This document shows, one piece after another, positions 49,232-57,367 of a stretch of 64,000 nucleotides of DNA. Position 1 is the first letter of the stretch. Every line of letters starts with the position of its first letter. Origin of the DNA: a phage; sequence record PZ445448.1, one strand, 5' to 3'. The translations under genes and the position numbers were made by a program. The notes beneath the pieces were generated by a model. That model was not told where the DNA came from and made no database searches. It was given only the letters and a program-made list of their open reading frames with translations.

Positions 49232-49477
49232 ATGGCAGCACTAATCACTAAATATTACGCCCCTACCAACACCAAAAGCGCCCGTATCATGGTAAAAGGC
49301 TTCGGACGTAAAAAGGTTTACACCTGGGATTATGCCTTAGACACGGAAGACAACTACACCAACGCGATGACAGATTTTATTAATGAGCTGAACACGCGGA
49401 TCTTGACAAATTATAAAATTACCGATATTGCCTATATAGGGGAAGGCGGGATCTGTTTTGTCGGTATCGTCAAATAA
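49232..49477 (+). CDS. small-gene block protein (81 aa), unknown function
   Basis: ATG after TAGGAGTTAAAACC. Confidence 0.6.
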   Translation: MAALITKYYAPTNTKSARIMVKGFGRKKVYTWDYALDTEDNYTNAMTDFINELNTRILTNYKITDIAYIGEGGICFVGIVK

Positions 49478-49553
49478 ACTGTTTTTTCGGTGGTCCTGGT
49501 AGCAGGGCCATCTATAAAGATAGTTTATCAATACAATGAAAGGAGAAAGTAAC

Positions 49554-49907
49554 ATGATCAGTGGGGCAAGTTTTATCATTGGCGCTATTGCTACGGCTTT
49601 AATTGTAAATAAGATCCAGGATAAAAAGGAAAGAGGAAGTACCGCCCTTGCAGAATATCCATTTTGGGCATTCAACGATAACGAAGATTATATTATAAAG
49701 TATAAAAATAAAGAAGGTGACCAAGTAACACCACGACCGATCCCGGCTTACAAAATGCAGGAAACACTATACCGCCTGGAGGCGGGTGGCGCAAAAATTG
49801 TAGACTTTTGGGGATACGACCACACAGATCAGGAAGTTATAAAGCGCCGTATCCGGGCTATTCAGGCCAATATTGAAGTTAGCAAGGGGGGAATATATGA
49901 AAATTAA
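49554..49907 (+). CDS. small-gene block protein (117 aa) with N-terminal hydrophobic segment
   Basis: ATG after AAAGGAGAAAGTAAC; a partial copy of the dyad element lies upstream. Confidence 0.55.
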   Translation: MISGASFIIGAIATALIVNKIQDKKERGSTALAEYPFWAFNDNEDYIIKYKNKEGDQVTPRPIPAYKMQETLYRLEAGGAKIVDFWGYDHTDQEVIKRRIRAIQANIEVSKGGIYEN

Positions 49908-50094
49908 TTTCGAGAAAATTGTAAAGCGCCCTCATGATTCCGAAGAGCTGCCAGAACGCCGCCAGCGTAACAATAAACTGAATAAGCCAAAAAGGTTTGG
50001 GAAGATCTGGCGGAATCATTATGATCGTAAATTGCCGGGCCTACTTTTGGAACGTGAACGACAAGCGGAACGATACCGCCACAAAGACAAATAG
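49897..50094 (+). CDS. small basic protein (65 aa)
   Basis: ATG after AAGGGGGGAATAT; overlaps previous gene by 11 nt; Lys/Arg-rich. Confidence 0.5.
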   Translation: MKINFEKIVKRPHDSEELPERRQRNNKLNKPKRFGKIWRNHYDRKLPGLLLERERQAERYRHKDK

Positions 50095-50101
50095 CAACCA
50101 A

Positions 50102-50128
50102 CGCCCCGCCATTGTGCGGGGCTTTTTA
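50102..50128 (+). terminator. rho-independent terminator
   Basis: GCCCCGCC-attgt-GCGGGGC followed by TTTTTATTT. Confidence 0.55.
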
Positions 50129-50251
50129 TTTCTATCCTACGAATAGCGCCCCTGGTTGGCCCTGTAAGCGCCAAAAAGGCCCCCACCTATGCAATCGCCC
50201 CTTTAACCTGAAAACATCGCCCAGGGCCGTTTTATGGCGTTAAAAATATCA

Positions 50252-50279
50252 TTGACATCGTCAACAGGTTAGCTATACT
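50252..50279 (+). promoter_or_regulatory. sigma70-type promoter (TTGACA-16-TATACT)
   Basis: Hexamers at 50252-50257 and 50274-50279. Confidence 0.55.
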
Positions 50280-50311
50280 AACCACATCAAAGAGAGAAAG
50301 GAGTAAACGCC

Positions 50312-50572
50312 ATGCGTAAATTAAAAAATTTTGATAAAGTTGATGTTATCCTGAATAATTTTTACTACTGCAACAACAAGGCTATTTGGTGGCGTGATAG
50401 TTCCACCGATAAAGTCAAAGCGCGCTTTCTTCAGGGGCACTGGCAAGGCCGCCCAGTGATTAAAATCATGGGGCAATTGGTAGCGTTTAAAAATTGCCGC
50501 CGTGTTGATGACGTTGAGGAGATTTTAAACATTTTGCGCCACAATAATTTAAAAAATAGTGTTGACAAGTAA
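50312..50572 (+). CDS. small-gene block protein (86 aa), unknown function
   Basis: ATG after AAAGGAGTAAACGCC. Confidence 0.6.
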   Translation: MRKLKNFDKVDVILNNFYYCNNKAIWWRDSSTDKVKARFLQGHWQGRPVIKIMGQLVAFKNCRRVDDVEEILNILRHNNLKNSVDK

Positions 50573-50589
50573 ATCTCAATAAGTATAAT
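50562..50589 (+). promoter_or_regulatory. sigma70-type promoter (TTGACA-16-TATAAT)
   Basis: Consensus hexamers at 50562-50567 and 50584-50589. Confidence 0.6.
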
Positions 50590-50599
50590 TAAACACACA

Positions 50600-50618
50600 G
50601 GCGGGAAAACTTCCCGCC
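50600..50618 (+). promoter_or_regulatory. leader stem-loop at predicted 5' end of transcript
   Basis: GGCGGGAA-aac-TTCCCGCC starting about 10 nt after the -10; similar hairpins precede at least ten other genes in the block. Confidence 0.45.
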
Positions 50619-50646
50619 ACTAACAAAGAAAACAGGAGAAAATATC

Positions 50647-51270
50647 ATGACCACCGTTAACATTACCACAGGTTACAATTTAGCTTTCGACGTGCTGACC
50701 GACGAACAAAAAGAAAAAGCCGTTGAAATGGTCCGCGAAAGAGAAGAACACAGCGGGGATAACTTTTTTGCAGAAAGTGTAATTGAAGACTATAAAGAAT
50801 ATATCTTTCCAGAGTATGGCCTTGAAGATACCGAAGTACATTGGTCCGGCTTTTGGTGCCAGGGCGACGGCGCATCAATCAGTGCGGAAAACGTGGATTT
50901 AGAAAAATTCTTGCGTAAAGTCAAGTCTCTGACTAAATTCCGCTCAATTCGTCACTTGTTCGGCACAATGCACGATGGCGAGCTATCCGCAAGTGTTGAG
51001 CGCGATCCATATAGCCGTTATAGTCACGAAAACACTGTAAGCGGGTACATCGATACTACATGGCTAGACCTGACCGCCAAACAAGAAAACAAAGTGGAAG
51101 ACCTGGAAGAACTGATCACCGAGACGGTACGGGAGCTATCCCGCAAGGTTTACGTAGACCTGGAGGAGGCCTATCTAGAACAGTTCACCGCAGAAAACCT
51201 GATCGGCCTTATCGAGGCCAATGATTGGCGGTTTGATGTCGATGAATATGGTGAGATGACTTTTTCATAA
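50647..51270 (+). CDS. acidic protein (207 aa), unknown function
   Basis: ATG after AACAGGAGAAAATATC; Asp/Glu-rich. Confidence 0.6.
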   Translation: MTTVNITTGYNLAFDVLTDEQKEKAVEMVREREEHSGDNFFAESVIEDYKEYIFPEYGLEDTEVHWSGFWCQGDGASISAENVDLEKFLRKVKSLTKFRSIRHLFGTMHDGELSASVERDPYSRYSHENTVSGYIDTTWLDLTAKQENKVEDLEELITETVRELSRKVYVDLEEAYLEQFTAENLIGLIEANDWRFDVDEYGEMTFS

Positions 51271-51360
51271 ATAAAGTGTTGCAATAACCTAAAAACCTGC
51301 TATATTAAAACTCAAGGGGGCAAGACGTTTGCCCCCACACAAAACAAAGAGGAAAACATC

Positions 51361-51741
51361 ATGAAAAACACTACTAAAGCTATTGACACTGTTATGTTTA
51401 ACCTGGTTACATTCCGTGAAGATATGAAAGATCTTCCACGTGAAACAGTGTGCGATCACATTGAAAACTATCGCAAACTAATCAAAGAGTTGCCTTTAAA
51501 ACGTGACCAGTATGCGGCTAACGCTATGCTTAACGCCATGATCAAAAAGATGATTCAGTGTGATTTAACTCTGGCCTATGATTATGCAGGTGGTCGTTTT
51601 GCAGTATACAATCAGCCCGTGCCTGGTATGAGCACCACCGAAGAATTGCACGCGTTAAATCTGAAACAAGATGTATGGGATAACATGCCCCGCGTGGTGG
51701 TGTGGGCAGAAAGCGGAAAGATTTACGGCGATAATTTTTAA
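51361..51741 (+). CDS. small-gene block protein (126 aa), unknown function
   Basis: ATG after AAAGAGGAAAACATC; leader hairpin GGGGGCAA-gacg-TTTGCCCCC. Confidence 0.6.
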   Translation: MKNTTKAIDTVMFNLVTFREDMKDLPRETVCDHIENYRKLIKELPLKRDQYAANAMLNAMIKKMIQCDLTLAYDYAGGRFAVYNQPVPGMSTTEELHALNLKQDVWDNMPRVVVWAESGKIYGDNF

Positions 51742-51750
51742 TCAGGTAAC

Positions 51751-51777
51751 AGGCGGCATATTTGCCGCCTTATTGTT
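51751..51777 (+). terminator. terminator candidate
   Basis: AGGCGGCA-tatt-TGCCGCCT followed by TATTGTT. Confidence 0.4.
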
Positions 51778-51805
51778 AAACAGAACTGCAAAAGAGGTAC
51801 ATAGA

Positions 51806-52177
51806 ATGGAATTTATTATTTTGGCTGTAGTAGTTGCCTTGTTCAACGCCTGGATCGCTGGCAAGATAGGTAGATCCGCTTTTCTATGGTTTGTTATATC
51901 TATTTTCCTGGGAGTGGTTGCAACTATTGTATTGGTTATCCTTGCAATTGTTGACAAGGGCGATAATAGAAAGGGTAAAGTGTTTTCCGACCTGTATGAC
52001 GCACAAACGTTTGTCAACGCCTATTATAGTGATCTTCCAGTCTCCCTACGCTGCAGCCTGGCACAACAGGTTTTTGATGAGGCTAAAACCAGAGACCAAG
52101 CCCATGAGATATGTTTAACTGAAGCGGATCGCCTATTTGAGAGGAATAGAAAATATGTGGACCAGCCGTTTAAATAA
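51806..52177 (+). CDS. membrane protein (123 aa), two predicted TM helices
   Basis: ATG after AAAGAGGTACATAGA; hydrophobic segments FIILAVVVALFNAWIAG and FLWFVISIFLGVVATIVLVILAIV. Confidence 0.55.
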   Translation: MEFIILAVVVALFNAWIAGKIGRSAFLWFVISIFLGVVATIVLVILAIVDKGDNRKGKVFSDLYDAQTFVNAYYSDLPVSLRCSLAQQVFDEAKTRDQAHEICLTEADRLFERNRKYVDQPFK

Positions 52178-52376
52178 CGCCACGTTAATTAATCCCTTTA
52201 GTGAAGATTTGAAGCCAGCCGCCTGGCGTGACGGATTCAATAACGAACGCTTTATTTTCAGGCCTGATCTTGAGGAATTTTATAACAATGGATCGAACAA
52301 CAGCGGAGATAATTTTTCTTGTGGTGTGCGTGGTGATAGGACTCCTGGGGGCCATTGTAAACCACGTCACTACTAA
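52155..52376 (+). CDS. hypothetical protein (73 aa), uncertain
   Basis: ATG 10 nt after GAGAGG; overlaps an alternative-frame membrane ORF (52288-52413). Confidence 0.3.
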   Translation: MWTSRLNNATLINPFSEDLKPAAWRDGFNNERFIFRPDLEEFYNNGSNNSGDNFSCGVRGDRTPGGHCKPRHY

Positions 52377-52413
52377 CAGGAGGGAAGGGGGAGACGATGA
52401 CAACCAAGGATAA
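52288..52413 (+). CDS. small hydrophobic peptide (41 aa), uncertain
   Basis: Single TM-like helix IIFLVVCVVIGLLGAIV; alternative frame to 52155-52376. Confidence 0.3.
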   Translation: MDRTTAEIIFLVVCVVIGLLGAIVNHVTTNRREGGDDDNQG

Positions 52414-52516
52414 GCCATGCGCTGATAAGGTGCGCCGTGTTATGGTATGGCTTGAGATTATCGCCCTTGAAATATTGTTAGGCGTAGGGATGTACTTTAT
52501 CGCTGTAAGTAACTAA
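52397..52516 (+). CDS. small hydrophobic peptide (39 aa)
   Basis: ATG after GGAGGGAAGGGGGAGACG; C-terminal hydrophobic helix; followed by a terminator. Confidence 0.45.
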   Translation: MTTKDKPCADKVRRVMVWLEIIALEILLGVGMYFIAVSN

Positions 52517-52518
52517 GA

Positions 52519-52548
52519 GCGGCCCCCGATCATGGGGGCCTATCTTTT
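52519..52548 (+). terminator. rho-independent terminator
   Basis: GGCCCCC-gatcat-GGGGGCC followed by TATCTTTT. Confidence 0.55.
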
Positions 52549-52654
52549 AAAAAATTTTTCTTCCGGGGTGTTGCAATCCGGTCCGGAATGTGGATAATAA
52601 CAATCAACGGGGAGCTAATCCCCACCACCACAAAAACCAGAAAGGAGAAACAAA

Positions 52655-52855
52655 ATGAGCAACAATATCCGCGTTATTAACTTCAAAAAAGAAGAAAAAA
52701 TTGCCGTGCTGATTGACGGTCAAGAAATCTTCAAGGGCGACTATGAAGATCATCAAACGGCGATTAGTATCACTCGCGTGATTGGTTATCATAATTTCTA
52801 CCCCCAAGGCGCTGAGGCAGCAGTTAAACGAATCAAAGAGATTGTAGGCCTGTAA
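52655..52855 (+). CDS. small-gene block protein (66 aa), unknown function
   Basis: ATG after AAAGGAGAAACAAA; leader hairpin GGGGA-gctaa-TCCCC. Confidence 0.6.
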   Translation: MSNNIRVINFKKEEKIAVLIDGQEIFKGDYEDHQTAISITRVIGYHNFYPQGAEAAVKRIKEIVGL

Positions 52856-52857
52856 AA

Positions 52858-52905
52858 TTTATTTTTAGATGGCCTTGACTTCAGGGCCATCGATAAAGTA
52901 AATTT
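52858..52905 (+). promoter_or_regulatory. dyad-embedded promoter-like element, copy 3
   Basis: TTATTTTTA-GATGGCC-TTGACT-TCAG-GGCCATC-GATAAAG-TAAATT. Confidence 0.45.
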
Positions 52906-52948
52906 AAACCCTGTTAAAATACCACGCAGTTAACAAGGAGTGATAGAC

Positions 52949-53248
52949 ATGTTTATCCAGGCTAATAATCTTTATTTCTTTGATGGTCAGATCGTAGATG
53001 GTGTGGAAGTGGAGATCACCGGGTGCCCTGGCGGTCAGGCTATGACTTTTCGGAATAATGCCTTTGATGATTCTCATATCGTTATGAGAATGGAAGTTAC
53101 GAAGCTGGACGACAAGAAAACACTTATTGACTATTCTGTGAAAGATCATCCAGACTACCGCATGATCCATGGTGATTTGTGCATTGTTGACCGTGACAAG
53201 GTGGGCGGCATTGTGATCGCTATTGTGAACGATGTTTTCTCAAACTAA
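52949..53248 (+). CDS. small-gene block protein (99 aa), unknown function
   Basis: ATG after AAGGAGTGATAGAC. Confidence 0.55.
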   Translation: MFIQANNLYFFDGQIVDGVEVEITGCPGGQAMTFRNNAFDDSHIVMRMEVTKLDDKKTLIDYSVKDHPDYRMIHGDLCIVDRDKVGGIVIAIVNDVFSN

Positions 53249-53265
53249 TTTCAGCAGGCGATTTT

Positions 53266-53616
53266 ATGAAAGTCAAACTATATTACCTTAATGAGCTTAA
53301 CCCCCTTGCCCAGGTCCGCGCCCTAGCTAATACCTTGATTTGTGAGAAATCTGTATATTGTGTTGAGCTTAACGCCATGCGTGAACGTCTCAAAGGTGGT
53401 TACTTTGACATCCATGCTGCAATCAACGGCCTGAATATGGAATTTATACGCTTACGTAACAGCCGCCGGAATCTGGCAAGAATGGAACAAGATCCGGCCC
53501 ACCTTCGTAAGCTGGTTATTGAAAATCATCTGATGTTTAATGCCGAGGGTGATTATTACCATTTTCACCGCAAACGCTGGTACCGTGGCGGCAATACAGG
53601 CAAGAATGCAAAATAA
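53266..53616 (+). CDS. small-gene block protein (116 aa), unknown function
   Basis: ORF closely following previous gene; weak RBS. Confidence 0.5.
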   Translation: MKVKLYYLNELNPLAQVRALANTLICEKSVYCVELNAMRERLKGGYFDIHAAINGLNMEFIRLRNSRRNLARMEQDPAHLRKLVIENHLMFNAEGDYYHFHRKRWYRGGNTGKNAK

Positions 53617-53651
53617 GGCCCCTAGCAGGGCCTGCAGCAATATAATCACAT

Positions 53652-53686
53652 AAAGGCCATGCGGTTGCATGGCCTTTATTATTTTG
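53652..53686 (+). terminator. rho-independent terminator candidate
   Basis: AAAGGCCATGC-ggtt-GCATGGCCTTT followed by ATTATTTT. Confidence 0.45.
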
Positions 53687-53818
53687 GCGTTACAACGGCA
53701 TACGGGGCGCTTAAAAAATTTTTAAAGAAGTACTTGCATCATTCCCGACAATATGGATAATAAGAGTTGTCGAGGGGGAGGCCCCCAATCGTTGACCAGA
53801 TAGATAGGAGTTAAAATC

Positions 53819-54103
53819 ATGGCTATTGTTACCGCTGGCGATGTAGTAGAAATGGAAGCAAAATACTTAAAAGCGGGTATGCACATCCTACGGAATGATC
53901 AAGAGTTATTATTAACGATGGTTGACTATAATCACGGCCAGGATTATCCAAGCATCGACTACTTTTTTGAGTATGTTGATGAAGAGTTGAAAGAGGATGA
54001 GGCCTATTGCGGTGAGTTCTGCAACTTCTTTTGTCCTGATGAGGTTGTAAAGGTTATTTATCAACCTGGCGTAGCTTTCCCGCTGCACGCTATCAATAAA
54101 TAA
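53819..54103 (+). CDS. small-gene block protein (94 aa), unknown function
   Basis: ATG after ATAGGAGTTAAAATC; leader hairpin GGGGG-agg-CCCCC; TTGCAT-17-ATAATA promoter-like at 53728. Confidence 0.6.
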   Translation: MAIVTAGDVVEMEAKYLKAGMHILRNDQELLLTMVDYNHGQDYPSIDYFFEYVDEELKEDEAYCGEFCNFFCPDEVVKVIYQPGVAFPLHAINK

Positions 54104-54158
54104 ACCTGGCGGGGCCGAAAAGGCCCCCAATTATGAAAATAAAGAGAGGCAAATCATC

Positions 54159-54392
54159 ATGATGGAACAAATTAAACGCGCCGAGGCTATTAATGGCAAC
54201 GTGATCTATTTTGTCAGCAAAAACGAAAAAGGCGTACCATATGCGGCAGTAATAGTACAACCTGACGGCGATTATTGGTTTACTGTGTACGGCGCTTATT
54301 CTTTTGGGCGTCCAGTGCATGATAAAATTTTGAAAGTAGCGAACCCTACCGGGAAGAATATCACAGCAGAAAAATTTTTTGAAAATAGTTGA
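54159..54392 (+). CDS. small-gene block protein (77 aa), unknown function
   Basis: ATG after AAAGAGAGGCAAATCATC. Confidence 0.55.
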   Translation: MMEQIKRAEAINGNVIYFVSKNEKGVPYAAVIVQPDGDYWFTVYGAYSFGRPVHDKILKVANPTGKNITAEKFFENS

Positions 54393-54416
54393 CATGACCA
54401 TATAAGACTGTAATAT
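54389..54416 (+). promoter_or_regulatory. sigma70-type promoter (TTGACA-16-TAATAT)
   Basis: Hexamers at 54389-54394 and 54411-54416. Confidence 0.5.
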
Positions 54417-54467
54417 ATAAATCAAAGGGGGCAACTAACCCCACCAACTACAAAGAGGATAAAAATC

Positions 54468-54647
54468 ATGGCTATTATTGCAAAGACTGAGATCGTAGGC
54501 TTAGATTCTATTCTCCTCGCATATGAGGAAGCTATAGAAATGTATGTGGTTTCCTATGGTGAGTATATCCGTGAATATAAATCTATTGATCTGGCTTTTG
54601 AATGTTATATCCGCCAGGTTAATAAAGCGTACGATGATTATCGTTAA
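54468..54647 (+). CDS. small protein (59 aa), unknown function
   Basis: ATG after AAAGAGGATAAAAATC; below the ORF-track length cutoff; own promoter. Confidence 0.5.
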   Translation: MAIIAKTEIVGLDSILLAYEEAIEMYVVSYGEYIREYKSIDLAFECYIRQVNKAYDDYR

Positions 54648-54653
54648 AATAGT

Positions 54654-54682
54654 TTGACAACAGCCATCTTACAAAGCATAAT
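54654..54682 (+). promoter_or_regulatory. sigma70-type promoter (TTGACA-17-CATAAT)
   Basis: Hexamers at 54654-54659 and 54677-54682. Confidence 0.5.
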
Positions 54683-54734
54683 ACATAAGGCGGTGGAATG
54701 GTCCGCCACCTGGAACAAAGAAGAGGTAAACACC

Positions 54735-54980
54735 ATGAAAAGCAATAAAGGTTATAACGGTTACAAAAACAAAACTCATTGGAATGTAAGCCTTTGGATT
54801 AATAACGATGAGTCATTGTACCGGTTGGCCCAAGGCTTTATTAACGCCAATGCTAATCGTAATGATGCGGCGCGGGATATGATGCTTTTTCTGGAGCTAA
54901 CCGGACAAGATAAGACCCCGGACGGCTTCAAGTACAGCACTACGGCGATCCGTGCCGCGATGGTTGGAATGAAACACTAA
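54735..54980 (+). CDS. small-gene block protein (81 aa), unknown function
   Basis: ATG after AAGAAGAGGTAAACACC; leader hairpin GGCGG...CCGCC. Confidence 0.55.
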   Translation: MKSNKGYNGYKNKTHWNVSLWINNDESLYRLAQGFINANANRNDAARDMMLFLELTGQDKTPDGFKYSTTAIRAAMVGMKH

Positions 54981-55057
54981 AAGCACATAGCTGCCTTACC
55001 CTGGGGCTGTGGTAGCGGCCCCATGAATAAGGTTACTAACAGAAGAGAATAAACACC

Positions 55058-55162
55058 ATGAAACAGAAATTAATCGATGCAGTGATCTTGGTTATTGCCC
55101 TGGGTATTGGCCTGATTGCAACCATGTCTAATATGATCTTGTCTTCCAACGGTATCGGGTGA
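55058..55162 (+). CDS. small hydrophobic peptide (34 aa)
   Basis: ATG after AGAAGAGAATAAACACC; sequence MKQKLIDAVILVIALGIGLIATMSNMILSSNGIG. Confidence 0.45.
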   Translation: MKQKLIDAVILVIALGIGLIATMSNMILSSNGIG

Positions 55163-55171
55163 GGTTGGCAA

Positions 55172-55387
55172 ATGATCACTAACAAAACAGGCAAAACGGA
55201 ATTTTTACGCAACTTACAGATCGGCAAGCCTGAGATCTGGTACTGCACTAAAACACCACGTGACGAAATGAAAGACTTCACCGCCACGCTGCAACGGGTA
55301 AAGATATCTATCACGCAGAAAAAGGCCTTACTAGTGGTGGAAGGGGAGATCCCCCAAACCGTTGTTATAGTTGAGCGTACAGCATAG
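55172..55387 (+). CDS. small-gene block protein (71 aa), unknown function
   Basis: ATG after GGTGAGGTTGGCAA. Confidence 0.5.
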   Translation: MITNKTGKTEFLRNLQIGKPEIWYCTKTPRDEMKDFTATLQRVKISITQKKALLVVEGEIPQTVVIVERTA

Positions 55388-55478
55388 TTTAATTTATACA
55401 GATACCTGAAAATTAACCAACAAAGCATAAACAGGCGGTTACCGCCGCCTTAAACGTAGCAGAAAGAGGATAGACACA

Positions 55479-55763
55479 ATGAAAAAGATGATCGCAGTGG
55501 TTACCCTGGTTGTTGGACTTAATGCGCCTGTAATGGCTAAAGAGCTGGCAAAAGAGGTTAATCTAACGGATATTCATGCCGTCAATCAAATCGGGGTTAC
55601 TTATCGCTTATGCCTTGCCGCTAAAACTTTTAAGGACGGCACAACAGAGTACTACGGATTCGAGGGTATCCGGTGCGGTGAGCTTGCTCGCGACCTTAAG
55701 GAAGATCCAGACCTGGAGGATCTGCCCATAACCGTGAACGGAAAAACTTACGTGAACCGTTAA
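55479..55763 (+). CDS. secreted/periplasmic small protein (94 aa)
   Basis: ATG after AAAGAGGATAGACACA; N-terminal signal-peptide-like MKKMIAVVTLVVGLNAPVMA. Confidence 0.55.
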   Translation: MKKMIAVVTLVVGLNAPVMAKELAKEVNLTDIHAVNQIGVTYRLCLAAKTFKDGTTEYYGFEGIRCGELARDLKEDPDLEDLPITVNGKTYVNR

Positions 55764-55765
55764 CC

Positions 55766-55900
55766 ATGAGAAAGATAATTATTACCATGGGGATCGTGGC
55801 GGCAATGTTGGCGATCTTTCCCTTTATGGTTAGGTATGTGCTGATTAATGTTGTCCTGGTAGTCAGCGATCTGGTGTTATATATTAACTCATTGTTTTAG
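55766..55900 (+). CDS. small hydrophobic peptide (44 aa)
   Basis: ATG 2 nt after previous stop; sequence MRKIIITMGIVAAMLAIFPFMVRYVLINVVLVVSDLVLYINSLF. Confidence 0.4.
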   Translation: MRKIIITMGIVAAMLAIFPFMVRYVLINVVLVVSDLVLYINSLF

Positions 55901-55908
55901 GCGCGATA

Positions 55909-56100
55909 ATGACAGCGGAAGAAGTTAAAAAAGTACTGGCGGTACTGCGTTATCATAATCATTGCAAGGTGAAGAATGATCCTGATTATCTTGATTCATC
56001 CCTTGAAGAGGATACACTACAAGCCATAAGCAACATGCAAGAATTGCTTAAGCGTATGACAGAGAAAAACCGACCGGACTACATAGGGGGTAAAATATGA
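55909..56100 (+). CDS. small-gene block protein (63 aa), unknown function
   Basis: ORF coupled to upstream genes; no strong RBS. Confidence 0.45.
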   Translation: MTAEEVKKVLAVLRYHNHCKVKNDPDYLDSSLEEDTLQAISNMQELLKRMTEKNRPDYIGGKI

Positions 56101-56408
56101 TCGCTATTACGCCAACCGTTTTAGATTGGTATCGGCAACGCATAGCGCCTCCGCTGGCTATCTTCAAAGATGCGGAAGCAAAACAACGCCGGATCTCAAT
56201 ACATGAGATCATCAACCTTAACGCTGGAGGCACACCATACCGCCCAGGACCTGGCCGTGAGATGGACAATACATTGGCGATCCTGAAGATACGCCGTAAA
56301 CGGTCCTCCCTTACGCTGGATTCATTACACACAATGCAGTCCCCGTTCCAGGTGACTGGGAAACGGATCGCCAGGTCCTGGACAAAGGCCAATGACCGGA
56401 CCGTATAA
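56097..56408 (+). CDS. small-gene block protein (103 aa), unknown function
   Basis: ATGA-coupled; RBS TAGGGGGTAAAAT. Confidence 0.5.
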   Translation: MIAITPTVLDWYRQRIAPPLAIFKDAEAKQRRISIHEIINLNAGGTPYRPGPGREMDNTLAILKIRRKRSSLTLDSLHTMQSPFQVTGKRIARSWTKANDRTV

Positions 56409-56543
56409 ATAAAAAGTGTTTTGGTACTGATTTTGGGGTTGACTTGTTCGGCCCCTTTTGCTATTCTTATTAAACGGGCGGCACTTGGGAACAGGGGGAG
56501 ACAATCACCAGGCCTGCCTGTCATATAAGAACTATAAAAACCG

Positions 56544-56572
56544 TTGACATCTGCCAGGGGGTGGGGTAACAT
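56544..56572 (+). promoter_or_regulatory. sigma70-type promoter (TTGACA-17-TAACAT)
   Basis: Hexamers at 56544-56549 and 56567-56572. Confidence 0.5.
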
Positions 56573-56626
56573 TTATCTTGAAGGGGCAAAGGTGCCCACA
56601 CAACAACCAGAAGAGAGGAAAACACT

Positions 56627-56899
56627 ATGTCAAGCTGGATTAATCAAGAAGTCGAATCACGTTTTAATGCTATTTGGGATCTCATCGAAAAAGAAGACGG
56701 CACATCAAGCCCCTACCTCAACAATTTGGAATTCCATTTTGTGGAAGCGATGAACGCAGAACATGATCACGAAGGTGGTGCGGACGAGTTCGCTAAAGGG
56801 TATGGCTTCAACAATGCCAACGAAATGATCGAGGCGGTTGTACTCCAGGCTGAGGAAGATTATCAATTAAAAACGCTTGAATTCTGCCGCCGTAAGTAA
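56627..56899 (+). CDS. small-gene block protein (90 aa), unknown function
   Basis: ATG after AAGAGAGGAAAACACT; leader hairpin GGGCA-aagg-TGCCC. Confidence 0.6.
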   Translation: MSSWINQEVESRFNAIWDLIEKEDGTSSPYLNNLEFHFVEAMNAEHDHEGGADEFAKGYGFNNANEMIEAVVLQAEEDYQLKTLEFCRRK

Positions 56900-56959
56900 T
56901 AAGATAATGACACGGGCCGGGAGGCCCACTAATCAGAACCACACAAAGAGGTAAACATC

Positions 56960-57223
56960 ATGAAACGTCTTGATCAGCTTAAACTAGTTCAGTACATGGC
57001 CTACAAAGTTCTTGAAGTCCAAAAAGGTAGCAAAAAAGAGGTTTGCGAGAAAGCATATAAGATCTTTACCCGTAAAAAAGATGATTGGATGTTACGCCAG
57101 ACCAAAAAAGCCGATATCCTGGGATACCTGGAAGAAGAGATCCGACTTGAAGAACAAGAAGAGATCCGCCGTAGTGAGGCAGATTATCAGGCAGCTTGGG
57201 AAAACTGGATGAGCAACAAATAA
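56960..57223 (+). CDS. small-gene block protein (87 aa), unknown function
   Basis: ATG after AAAGAGGTAAACATC; leader hairpin GGGCC-ggga-GGCCC. Confidence 0.6.
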   Translation: MKRLDQLKLVQYMAYKVLEVQKGSKKEVCEKAYKIFTRKKDDWMLRQTKKADILGYLEEEIRLEEQEEIRRSEADYQAAWENWMSNK

Positions 57224-57289
57224 TACAACAAGTTACATGGTCAGGGGCAATAAAGCCCCTTGATCACATAAAAATTATGCTATCCCTGG

Positions 57290-57318
57290 TTGACAGGGAT
57301 CGGCAGTTTTGCTATATT
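57290..57318 (+). promoter_or_regulatory. sigma70-type promoter (TTGACA-17-TATATT)
   Basis: Hexamers at 57290-57295 and 57313-57318. Confidence 0.55.
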
Positions 57319-57367
57319 CTTTTTTGAAGGGAAGTTGTAAGAAAATTAACTAAGAGGTAAAAACACC

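Noticed and set aside
52155-52413. Which of two overlapping frames is expressed
   Set aside because: Both have weak RBS spacing; both reported at low confidence rather than choosing one.
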